From Promethearchaeota archaeon (GTDB lineage: Archaea; Asgardarchaeota; Lokiarchaeia; Sigyniarchaeales; SOKP01), in the NCBI GenBank assembly GCA_048940645.1, contig JBHLOI010000028.1, positions 1 to 46,435 on the forward strand: a DNA stretch of 46,435 bases, given 5' to 3'. The number at the start of each line of letters is the position of its first letter. Position 1 is the stretch's first letter. The position numbers were made by a program, and so were the translations under genes. The notes under the pieces are model-generated. The model saw nothing but the letters and a program-made list of their open reading frames with translations, was not told where the DNA came from and ran no database searches. Shown in pieces: positions 29,013 through 38,169 of the stretch.

Positions 29013-30242
29013 ATGGACGCCTTAATATTTGAAATGAAAAAACTAAAGTTATTCAAAGCTTATTTTCGAGGAAAAAGACACAAAAGTGGATATTGGAGGA
29101 AAGGTGGTCCTGTAAGTATAAAAAAAATAGCAATACCAAAGCTTCCAAATGAGAATTGGATAAGGGTTAAAACTGTTTATTCTGGGATATGCGGGAGTGA
29201 CATGAAAGAATTAACTTTAAGTGGAGCACTTGATAATCCTCTACGGACATTTATTTCATTTCCTCAAATAATGGGGCATGAATCGGTTGGAATTATTGAT
29301 AAAATAGGAGAAAATACTTCAGAATTCAAAGAGGGTGATAGAGTGGCTATAAGTCCTTGGTTTTCTTGCGAACCTCGTGGTATTACGCCATTATGCTCTA
29401 GGTGTCAAGAAGGAGATTATCCACACTGTAAAAATTTTCAAAGAGGTATTTTACCACATGGTATGCTTTTAGGAACTACTATAGGTTATGGAGGTTTTGC
29501 TCCATACTTCACTGTGCATAAGTCCCAATGTTTTAAAATTCCAGATAATGTAAATTTTGAAGAAGCCATTTTAGCTGACCCATTTTCAGTCACGTTTCAT
29601 TCAATTTTAATTTTAAACCCAAAGCCTAATTCAATAATTCTAGTATATGGTTTAGGTATAATAGGTTTATTATCTATTGTTTGTTTAAAAAATCTGTTTA
29701 GAGTCGAAAATATTATTGCAGTCGGAAGATATCAGTTTCAGAAAAATTTAGCTTTAAAACTTGGCGCTAATCATGTATTTATGAGTACTAGTAATCAATT
29801 AGTTGAAGAAATCGGAAATTACTTTAATGCTGAGCTCTATACTCCTGAAAGAGGACTTAAATGGACAATGGATGGTCCAAATGGAATAATTGACACAATA
29901 GGTTCCTCAGAAACTTTGGAAATTGGGGTTCGAATAATAAAAACTCAAGGTAAAATAGTTTTTCTCGGAGTAAGTAGACCAAAGAGATGGGAAAATACTC
30001 CACATTATTTTAAAGAACTTGAAATTATTGGTTCAAATGCCTTTGGTATTGAAGAATTTGAAACACAGCAAGCTCATGCTTTTTATTTTTTTCTGAAATT
30101 TCTTTATGAAAAAAAAATTAAGGTATCAAATTTAATTACTCATAAATTTCCTCTAAGTGCTTATAATGAAGCATTCAATGTATTAGTAAATAAGACAAAT
30201 TCTCAAGCTATAAAAGTAGTCTTTAAATTTAACAATGATTAA
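29013..30242 (+). CDS. Zn-dependent MDR dehydrogenase, paralog 2
   Basis: Same motifs as paralog 1. ATG at 29013 (MDALIFE) aligns with paralog 1 MKALLFE; the track start is TTG at 28974. Confidence 0.92.
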   Translation: MDALIFEMKKLKLFKAYFRGKRHKSGYWRKGGPVSIKKIAIPKLPNENWIRVKTVYSGICGSDMKELTLSGALDNPLRTFISFPQIMGHESVGIIDKIGENTSEFKEGDRVAISPWFSCEPRGITPLCSRCQEGDYPHCKNFQRGILPHGMLLGTTIGYGGFAPYFTVHKSQCFKIPDNVNFEEAILADPFSVTFHSILILNPKPNSIILVYGLGIIGLLSIVCLKNLFRVENIIAVGRYQFQKNLALKLGANHVFMSTSNQLVEEIGNYFNAELYTPERGLKWTMDGPNGIIDTIGSSETLEIGVRIIKTQGKIVFLGVSRPKRWENTPHYFKELEIIGSNAFGIEEFETQQAHAFYFFLKFLYEKKIKVSNLITHKFPLSAYNEAFNVLVNKTNSQAIKVVFKFNND

Positions 30243-30316
30243 ATGACTATAAAAAAAGTTATAACTTGCTTTTTTTCTTTTTTGTCTATCGTTTTATTTA
30301 AAGCCAAAAAAACCTA

Positions 30317-31534
30317 CTATATTACTCCTTGTTTCTTGAAATCTTTAAAATCGCTATCTGTATAATTAAGTGATTTCAATATTTCTTTTGTATGTTTACC
30401 TATTTTGGGAGCCAAATTTCTTATCTTTAATGGAGTTCTTGAATATTTAATAGGTGAAGCAACATTTTGAACTTTTCCGAATTTAGAATGATCTAACTCG
30501 ACTATCATTTTCCTTGCTTTTATTTGTGGATCCTTACAAGCTTCACTAAAAGTTTTTACTGGCATAACACAGGCATCTCTATTGATAAAAATCTCAAACC
30601 ATTCATCTTGAGTCTTCTTTAAAAACTCTTTTTGCATTTCTTGGAATGCTTTTTCCTTTTCTTTACCTTGAGTATTACCTTTAGGGATTAAATCTTCTCG
30701 CCCGATACCCTTACAAACTTCCCGCCAAAATTTAATCTCAATAGCACCAACAGATAAATATTGGTTATCTTTAGTTCTAAAAACTGAATAAAAAGGAAAC
30801 TCGCCATGAAGTGGATTCCTTGGCTGAATTATTCCATCATTTAAATCTTTTGAAAATTCGAAAGCTGCTGCCATAGGCATAAATGAAAAAACGCAATCTG
30901 TCATAGAAAGATCAATATATTGGCCTTTCTTATCTGAATTTTTTTCTCTTTCAATTATGGCACCTAAAATACTAATCGTAGAAACCAAGCCACCTCCTAT
31001 ATCCGCAGCTTGTACACCTGGAACAATGGGCTTTCTTTCTTGTTTTTCCTTGCCAAAAAATTCTCGTTCTTTATTTAGTTCTAAAATACCACAAATGCCG
31101 ATGTAATTTAAATCATGCCCAGCAATTTGTTCATATGGACCATATTGACCGTATCCAGTTAATGAGCAATATATAATAGATGGATTAATTTTTGAAATAG
31201 TTTCATAATCTATCTTCAATTTCTCCGTAACTTTTGGCCTGAAAGTTTCTAAAATCACATCTGCTTTTTCTGTTAATCTATAGAAAATTTCTAAAGCTTT
31301 CTCCTTTTTGAGATTAAGTGAAATTGACTTCTTATTCCTCATTATGATCGAATTAAAAGCGCTCTCCCTATATCTGCCTTTCTGAAAGAAAGGAGGAGGA
31401 TTTCCGTATGGAAATCTTGGATCGTTGATATGTATAACTTCTGCGCCCAAATCAGATAATATCATTGAGCAATAAGGACCAGGAAGCAAACGACTTAAAT
31501 CTAATACAACAATATTCTCTAAAGGTAAAACCAT
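30317..31534 (-). CDS. CaiB/BaiF family III CoA-transferase, alpha-methylacyl-CoA racemase-like
   Basis: LLPGPY, DLGAEVI, RNKKSI, TGYGQ, GHDLNY, ADIGGG. Confidence 0.9.
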   Translation of the reverse strand: MVLPLENIVVLDLSRLLPGPYCSMILSDLGAEVIHINDPRFPYGNPPPFFQKGRYRESAFNSIIMRNKKSISLNLKKEKALEIFYRLTEKADVILETFRPKVTEKLKIDYETISKINPSIIYCSLTGYGQYGPYEQIAGHDLNYIGICGILELNKEREFFGKEKQERKPIVPGVQAADIGGGLVSTISILGAIIEREKNSDKKGQYIDLSMTDCVFSFMPMAAAFEFSKDLNDGIIQPRNPLHGEFPFYSVFRTKDNQYLSVGAIEIKFWREVCKGIGREDLIPKGNTQGKEKEKAFQEMQKEFLKKTQDEWFEIFINRDACVMPVKTFSEACKDPQIKARKMIVELDHSKFGKVQNVASPIKYSRTPLKIRNLAPKIGKHTKEILKSLNYTDSDFKDFKKQGVI

Positions 31535-31604
31535 AATAAAGATAAATGGAAAATAATTAAAAAAAACTTATTAAATTTTAAAAAACAACTACAAAAAAAT
31601 AAAA

Positions 31605-32117
31605 TTAGATGTATATAATTTCAGCTTCTAATTTTTTTGTATCAATTATTGCGAAAGTACCTTTTCCTGTTAGATATCCACAAGCTTCCCCAGGGTTTAG
31701 TACTAAAACATTATTGTCAGATTTTTTATTCACAATCGAATGAGTATGACCTGATAAAACAATGTCAAAAGTGCCTGATCTTGCTAATGCGTCTATTGCT
31801 TCTGGTTTTGGCATATGTGAGGCAATTAACCTTTTTCCATCAAATTCCTTAACTAACTCATGACCATTTTCGACGAATTTACAAATTTGACCTAGATTTT
31901 GTTTTAAAAATACTTGATCACCATCATTATTTCCGAATACTCCAAAAAAATTATTCTTTATTTTTTGATTCAATTTATCAAACCATCTTCTTGTAAAAGG
32001 TGAGCAATAATCTCCACAATGAATTAATACATCTACAGTCCTTTCATTCATAATTGAAACTGCCTTTAGAATATTATCTTGATGATCATGCGTATCTGAT
32101 ATGACTGCAATTAACAT
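31605..32117 (-). CDS. YfcE/MJ0936-family metallophosphoesterase
   Basis: SDTH, HCGD, GNND, SGHTH, NPGE. ATG at 32117 is preferred over GTG at 32129. Confidence 0.92.
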   Translation of the reverse strand: MLIAVISDTHDHQDNILKAVSIMNERTVDVLIHCGDYCSPFTRRWFDKLNQKIKNNFFGVFGNNDGDQVFLKQNLGQICKFVENGHELVKEFDGKRLIASHMPKPEAIDALARSGTFDIVLSGHTHSIVNKKSDNNVLVLNPGEACGYLTGKGTFAIIDTKKLEAEIIYI

Positions 32118-32257
32118 TCTTAACAACACATACGAGTTTGTATAATTTGCTTTATTTAACTATTGTAATAAAAAGCATAAAAATCTTGTTTAGGTAAAAG
32201 ATATATTAAGTAGTTTTTTATATTTATAGCAAGATATATGAAAAAGTTGTATACTTT

Positions 32258-33334
32258 ATGATTGATGAATTTCTTAGAAATGAAAAATTAGCTATTGATG
32301 CAGAATTAGTTAAATATTTTAATAATTTGAATAATAATGAGCCTGAAATACTCCTTAAAGATTTCCTTTCACAATTACAGGAGTTTATATTAAATGAAAA
32401 AGCAAAAAGATTTCATTCCATATTATTGATTGCAGCATTTATTGGAATTGTAAATCCTATTTATTTAACGGAACAGATTGAGCAAATTCGAAAAGTATCT
32501 TTAGCAGTAGAATTATTACATAGTGGTCATTTAATATATGATGATCTTATAGATAACGAAGAACAAAGGAGAACTAAGCCAACATTTCATAACCAGTTGA
32601 AAAAAGAAATAGAAAGAGTTTACAAAAATCTTGAATTTTCTCATAAAAATGATATTATTGAAATGTATGGGAGAGATATGAGTATTTTAGGTGGAACTCA
32701 TGGATACTTGTTAGGATTGAATATACTTAAAAGCTCAACATTTCCTGATCGTTTGAAATTATTAGCTATTAATGAATATACTGAAGCAATGGACTTTCTA
32801 ATTAAGGGGCATATAATCGAAGAATATATGAATTATCATAATATTACAATGACTTTAGAACAATATCTTAATATTGCTGAGATGCAAAGAGCAAGATTAC
32901 TCGAAAAATCTGTTAAAATAGGAGCAATTTTAGCTAAGGGAAATTTACATTATCAAATAAGGCCATTAAGTGAAGCTATGTTAAGATTAGGCCAAGCTTA
33001 TGCTATTCGTGATGATATACTTGATTTGAAAGAGGATATAAAAAGAAAAATTAAGAAAAATTTTATCTATATTCTAGCAATCCAAAATTCAGATGTAGAA
33101 CAATCCAAAACTCTAAATGAGATCTATCGCATGGAAGAATTATCGAAGGATGAGGTTAAAAAAGTGGAACTTATTTTTGCTGAAACAAATTCGGTCATTA
33201 CAGCAGAGCACTTCTCAAAAAATTTAGTTTCTCAAGGTAAAAATTATTTAAAGGATATTTATCCAGATTTGAATAAGGAGCAAAAAAGTTTCTTTAATGA
33301 ATTCTCCGATTATATTTATATGAGAGAATTTTAG
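32258..33334 (+). CDS. Divergent trans-isoprenyl diphosphate synthase family protein
   Basis: AVELLH...DDLID....RR (FARM) and DDILD (SARM) are present. Other conserved motifs are altered. Confidence 0.85.
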   Translation: MIDEFLRNEKLAIDAELVKYFNNLNNNEPEILLKDFLSQLQEFILNEKAKRFHSILLIAAFIGIVNPIYLTEQIEQIRKVSLAVELLHSGHLIYDDLIDNEEQRRTKPTFHNQLKKEIERVYKNLEFSHKNDIIEMYGRDMSILGGTHGYLLGLNILKSSTFPDRLKLLAINEYTEAMDFLIKGHIIEEYMNYHNITMTLEQYLNIAEMQRARLLEKSVKIGAILAKGNLHYQIRPLSEAMLRLGQAYAIRDDILDLKEDIKRKIKKNFIYILAIQNSDVEQSKTLNEIYRMEELSKDEVKKVELIFAETNSVITAEHFSKNLVSQGKNYLKDIYPDLNKEQKSFFNEFSDYIYMREF

Positions 33335-33344
33335 ATATAAATTT

Positions 33345-33965
33345 TTATTCCAATACAACAAAATTAGAATTTTGTTTTTTAAGCATTAAATTACTTAAGT
33401 CTTTAAATACTTCTACTACATTATAATTTTCTAAAGCTGATGTTTTATAGAATCTATCTAATTTCTTTTCTTTTACAAATTGAATAATTGAATTATCCTC
33501 AACTCTTTCTTCTTTAGGCGTATTTCCTACTAGATCGAATTTACTACCCACTAAAATTTTAGGGATATAATAACCGCTAGCATGTTCTATTAACTGATCA
33601 TACCAAAAATCTAGTTGGGAAAAGGTTTTTTTATTGATTAAATCAAATACTAATAAAGCACCATTGGCTCCTTCTAAAAATTTTGGAAGTAGAGGTTTAA
33701 ATCTTTCCTGACCACCAAAATCAAAAATGGAATTAACAATATAACTCTCACCCAATATATTAATTTGGTTTTTCTGTTTAATTTTCAAATTTAGCGAGTG
33801 AAAATTAATTCCAATTGTAAGTGATGTATCGAAATTGAAAGAATTAAAACAAAAACGATTAAATAAACAAGTCTTTCCAACACTCTGAGCCCCAATTATG
33901 ACTGTTTTAAAAGTGTAAAATATTCTTTTTTCTTGCTCAATAGCTCTTTTCAATTCAAAAACCAA
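33345..33965 (-). CDS. Rab-like small GTPase
   Basis: G1 GAQSVGKT, G2 LTIG, G3 DFGGQERF, G4 SKFD, G5 KTSA. Confidence 0.92.
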   Translation of the reverse strand: MVFELKRAIEQEKRIFYTFKTVIIGAQSVGKTCLFNRFCFNSFNFDTSLTIGINFHSLNLKIKQKNQINILGESYIVNSIFDFGGQERFKPLLPKFLEGANGALLVFDLINKKTFSQLDFWYDQLIEHASGYYIPKILVGSKFDLVGNTPKEERVEDNSIIQFVKEKKLDRFYKTSALENYNVVEVFKDLSNLMLKKQNSNFVVLE

Positions 33966-34159
33966 TAGTTATTATATCTTTTAATCTGGGAGAAACAATG
34001 AAATAATAAATATTATAAAATGAAATATTATTTCAAATTTTATTTTCAAGGATATTACATAATTAAAACAATTTAATTAAAAACGGATCGAAAACAAAAA
34101 AATATGCATTTTTGAATAAAAAACTAAATAATTTAATTCAAAAAAAAGTGTAAAGAAAA

Positions 34160-35170
34160 ATGAAACAAGAAGTAAGTCTAGAAGAATTAGAGGGAGAGCT
34201 AGAACCTGGAAAAGAGAAAAGCGCTAGTAGAGCTGTTTTTAGTTGGTTCTTCAAAAATATTAAGTTTCTTCTTATTCCTGCTTCGAGGTTAGAAGAACTT
34301 ACGATTCGAGAACGCGAATATGAAAAAACTGTGAGTAAAAGAAAATTTCTTAAAAGATTGAAATCAACATTAACTATTATTGGAATTATTCTGGTGCTTT
34401 ATGTTATAACCTTAGGTGCATTCGGGCCTTGGATTTCTCCATATACCTTTGCAGAAGCTGACGATGTGTATGGCGTATATTGGACAGCGCCCTCTCCTGA
34501 TCATCCTTTAGGGACCACCTATATGGGGCGAGATGTGTATGCAAGAATGATATTTGGGGCTAGATCTTCATTAACTCTGGCTTTGCCAGCAATAGGAGTA
34601 AGTCTTGGTTTTGGTGTTATTTTTGGAATAATATCTGCTTATCAAGGTGGTTGGATCGATACGCTAATTATGAGGATTTTTGATGTTATGCTTGCCTTCC
34701 CTGCGTTAATCTTTGCTATCGTTATAGTATCAATCTTTGGAAGACAATTGAATAATATTATTATGGCTTATGGTATTCTTGGAATTCCTTATTATTCACG
34801 ATTAATAAGGGGAAATGTATTACAGGCAAAAGAATTGCCATATGTACAAGCGGCAAAGGTAGCTGGTGCGAAAAACTGGAGAATCATGTTTAAACATATT
34901 TTACCAAATACCATCCAACCAATAATTATATCATTTACATTGGATATCGGAGGAGTTATCTTAAGTTTTGCTGGTCTTGCATTTCTGGGTTATAGTGATC
35001 CAGATTTAATAGAATGGGGAAGAGATATTAATTTAGCTCGGGGTCATATTTTATCAGCACCATGGGCATCACTTTGGCCAGGAGTGATGATTATCATCAC
35101 AGTGCTAGGGTTCATGTTACTAGGAGATGGGTTACGAGATGCTCTCGATCCAAGATTGAAGAATTTATAA
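34160..35170 (+). CDS. Peptide/nickel ABC transporter permease (DppC/OppC type), orphan
   Basis: HPLGTTYMGRD, EAA-like YVQAAKVAGA, HILPN, GDGLRDALDP. Confidence 0.93.
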   Translation: MKQEVSLEELEGELEPGKEKSASRAVFSWFFKNIKFLLIPASRLEELTIREREYEKTVSKRKFLKRLKSTLTIIGIILVLYVITLGAFGPWISPYTFAEADDVYGVYWTAPSPDHPLGTTYMGRDVYARMIFGARSSLTLALPAIGVSLGFGVIFGIISAYQGGWIDTLIMRIFDVMLAFPALIFAIVIVSIFGRQLNNIIMAYGILGIPYYSRLIRGNVLQAKELPYVQAAKVAGAKNWRIMFKHILPNTIQPIIISFTLDIGGVILSFAGLAFLGYSDPDLIEWGRDINLARGHILSAPWASLWPGVMIIITVLGFMLLGDGLRDALDPRLKNL

Positions 35171-35429
35171 TTTTTTATTTTTTATTTATTAATAAGCTGG
35201 CTAAGATAAGTTAAAAAAGAAAAAACATTTCAAATAGACGTTCTATTAATAATAGGTTCATATTTTGCTTTTTTTAAGAAGTAGAGATTATAGCATAAAT
35301 GAATGGTTTCCTTGAATAATTAAATTTTAATTTTAAAAATAAAATTAATTAAAATTCTTTTTCATTATAATACTTAAAAATTAATTCGAATGTTAATTAA
35401 CAGAAATTAAATAAAAGTTAGTTTTCTAA

Positions 35430-36356
35430 ATGAATAACACGAATTTACAAATTGTCCCAACTGAATACATAGTTATTAGGCCTCCTGTTGAAGGTGCCTC
35501 GCGTTCAATATTGATTCCAGTTACGGGTGGTTGTTCATGGAATCGTTGTGTCTTTTGTGGAACGTATAAAGGAATGTATGGGATTATTCAAAATTATGCA
35601 ATTCGACCAATAGAAGATGTATTAAAGGATATCGATTATTATAAAGAACATAATTATGATGGATATCCCGTATTTTTAGTTGGTGGTAATCCTACTTCTG
35701 CTCCTACAAAATATTTAGTAGAAATTATCAAATATGTTAGAAAGCAAATTAAAAACATTCCAAGAGTGAGTTGTTATGCCAAAGCCTTAGATATCCTAAG
35801 AAAATCTGATGATGAACTTAAACAATTGGCAGAAGCAGGATTAGATATAGTTTATATGGGATTAGAAAGTGGAAGTAGTAAAATATTACGAATGATGAAA
35901 AAAGGTACAAATGCTAAATCTTTGATAAAAGCAGGAAAACGTGTTTTAAAAGCAGGGATAAAACTAAGTTTATATATAATTCTTGGATTAGGTGGTAAAA
36001 AGTTCTCTCAAGAACATGTCATTGAAACTGCAAAAGTCTTAACAGAAATTAATCCTACAGTTTTCAGATTCAGAACATTAAATATCGTACCATTCTCAGA
36101 ACTTTGGAATAAATGGAAGAATAATGAATTTGAATTATTATCACCTATTGAAAATTTAAAAGAAGAAAGAGATATTATAGCAAATTTGGGACATAATGTC
36201 ACTTCCCAAGTTTTTAACGATCATTTAAGTAATTATTGTTCTATAGAAACTCCAAATATCAAACTAGATAGAGAAGTGTTTATAAAAACTCTAGAAAATT
36301 TCATCAATGACTCTCGAATTCAAAATATGCAAAGAACAAACTTAACACGTATGTAA
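35430..36356 (+). CDS. Radical SAM protein (same family as 22621-23544)
   Basis: RPPVEG, GCSWNRCVFC, YMGLESG, GLGG, DHLSNY. Confidence 0.9.
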   Translation: MNNTNLQIVPTEYIVIRPPVEGASRSILIPVTGGCSWNRCVFCGTYKGMYGIIQNYAIRPIEDVLKDIDYYKEHNYDGYPVFLVGGNPTSAPTKYLVEIIKYVRKQIKNIPRVSCYAKALDILRKSDDELKQLAEAGLDIVYMGLESGSSKILRMMKKGTNAKSLIKAGKRVLKAGIKLSLYIILGLGGKKFSQEHVIETAKVLTEINPTVFRFRTLNIVPFSELWNKWKNNEFELLSPIENLKEERDIIANLGHNVTSQVFNDHLSNYCSIETPNIKLDREVFIKTLENFINDSRIQNMQRTNLTRM

Positions 36357-36447
36357 GGGGTACAAAGTTCCAATAAATTTCCATTTAGTGTATAAAATAT
36401 TGAAAATGGACAATATTCTCCTTATAAAAATTAAATAAAAGCTCACG

Positions 36448-36467
36448 TGAAAAATATATATTTTTCA
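36448..36467. promoter_or_regulatory. Perfect 20-bp palindrome TGAAAAATATATATTTTTCA upstream of guaB
   Basis: Self-reverse-complementary and intergenic. It overlaps a TCACGTGA palindrome at 36443-36450. Function is inferred only. Confidence 0.4.
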
Positions 36468-36582
36468 TATTATAAATTGATAAAATTTTATAATAAGTCT
36501 CTTCTTTATTAATAATATTTAGATGCTAAAAATTAATTACATCGAATCTTAAACAATAATAAAATCAATCAGGGAGATAAAA

Positions 36583-38049
36583 ATGTCTGATCACTTTCGT
36601 AAAAAGGTTCATTATGAAGATATAATAGCTACTTTTGATGATATTCTCATACAACCAGGTTATACTAACTTTGAACCAAATGATGTAGATATTTCTTCTA
36701 AATTAGGACCTCATTGTTTTAATTTACCAATTATGACAGCAGCCATGGATACAGTTACAGAAGAAATAATGGCTATTAGAATGGCCTTATTAGGAGGATT
36801 AGGAGTACTTCATCGTAATTGTTCTTATGAAAGACAATTAGAAATGGTAAGAATTGTTAAAAGGGCTAGATCCTTCATTATTGAAGATGTTGCGACAATA
36901 ACTCCTGATGATCCTATCACTAATGCAAAATATATGATGGAAAATTATAATATTAGCGGACTTGTTGTAATTAATGAGGAAAATAAAGTATGTGGCATTT
37001 TAACTAAACGTGATATGCCTTATACAGAGAATGACATTAAGAACGGTAAAGTAAAGGAATATATGACAAAAAGTGTTATCTCTATTGAACCTGGTGCATC
37101 TAGAGAGGATGCTTTAAATAAACTTTTTAAGCATAGAATTGAAAAACTTCCAGTAATAGATAATGGACGGCTTAAAGGTTTAATTACTAAAAAAGATCTA
37201 GCCCCTGAATTTCCTTTAGCTTCAATGGATCATGATGGTCATTTAATCTGCGCGTTAGCATTATCTCCTAAATTTCCTGAATCATTACAGGCTCAAAATA
37301 TGTTAAAAGAAATAGATAAGTTTGTTGATATTTTCTTTATCGACGTTGCTGATTTCTACAAAATAGCTGATATAGAAGGTACGAAAAAATTAATGAATTT
37401 ACTAGAATCAGATTTTGTATTGGGAAATATCGGTACGTATGAAGCGGCAGAGTATATTATTTCTAAATGTGATTTTGCTGAAGAAAATTTTATTGGATTA
37501 AAAGTAGGAATGGGTTCGGGTTCAATTTGTACTACTTCAATTCAAACTGGAGTAGGAGCCCCTACTTTGTTTGCAACTGCTCAAGTAGCGGATGCTATTA
37601 AGGATTATAAACCAGAACTCAGCTTAATTGCTGATGGAGGCTTTAAAAATCCAGGTGATATTCCTAAAGCATTCACTGCAGGAGCTGATTTAATCATGTC
37701 TGGACACTTTTTTGCGGGCTGTACAGAAAGCCCTGGATATGTAGATACTATACAAGGGCAGAAAGTGAAAGTGTATAGGGGTATGGGAAGTAAAGAAGCA
37801 AGAACTTCTGGTTTCATATCGGATCGCTATATAGAAGGCTCAAAAATACTCGCTGAAGGGATATCAGCATATATCCCCTATGTTGGAGATCTTGATGGAG
37901 TTATTCTATCATTAAAGGAAGGATTAATCAATGGAATGGTATATGCTGGAGCAAGGAAAATTAAGGACATGAAAAACGTAAAAATCGGTGTAATCACTCC
38001 ATTTGGTCGTCAAGAAGTAAGAACACATGATCTAATGGGAAAATATTAG
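36583..38049 (+). CDS. guaB: IMP dehydrogenase with a CBS pair
   Basis: TFDDILI, AAMDTVT, GLGVLH, GMGSGSICTT (catalytic Cys), IADGG, YRGMGS, DRY flap. Confidence 0.9.
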   Translation: MSDHFRKKVHYEDIIATFDDILIQPGYTNFEPNDVDISSKLGPHCFNLPIMTAAMDTVTEEIMAIRMALLGGLGVLHRNCSYERQLEMVRIVKRARSFIIEDVATITPDDPITNAKYMMENYNISGLVVINEENKVCGILTKRDMPYTENDIKNGKVKEYMTKSVISIEPGASREDALNKLFKHRIEKLPVIDNGRLKGLITKKDLAPEFPLASMDHDGHLICALALSPKFPESLQAQNMLKEIDKFVDIFFIDVADFYKIADIEGTKKLMNLLESDFVLGNIGTYEAAEYIISKCDFAEENFIGLKVGMGSGSICTTSIQTGVGAPTLFATAQVADAIKDYKPELSLIADGGFKNPGDIPKAFTAGADLIMSGHFFAGCTESPGYVDTIQGQKVKVYRGMGSKEARTSGFISDRYIEGSKILAEGISAYIPYVGDLDGVILSLKEGLINGMVYAGARKIKDMKNVKIGVITPFGRQEVRTHDLMGKY

Positions 38050-38169
38050 GATCTATGAAATTGTAAAAACAATTATTATTAAATTCCTATTTATTAATTG
38101 TCTATTAAGCAATTAAATACAATTAAGATATTTAACTTAATATTAAAAGCAAAATTGGGATGATTTTTT

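Noticed and set aside
31605-32117. Metallophosphoesterase as retromer Vps29
   Set aside because: It shares the fold but keeps the full YfcE/MJ0936 metal motif set (GNND, GHTH) common in prokaryotes, and no retromer-like neighbours are present. Phylogeny would be needed.
32258-33965. Prenyltransferase-Rab adjacency as protein prenylation
   Set aside because: The enzyme has the isoprenyl diphosphate synthase fold, not the protein prenyltransferase fold. The GTPase lacks a C-terminal cysteine motif, and the genes are convergent.
35171-35429. 259-bp intergenic gap as an ncRNA or small ORF
   Set aside because: It consists of T-rich terminator-like and A/T promoter-like sequence, with no convincing stem or ORF.
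36583-38049. GuaB as a GMP reductase
   Set aside because: The YRGMGS motif, the RY flap dyad and adjacency to purH favour IMP dehydrogenase, despite the atypical DVADFYK segment.
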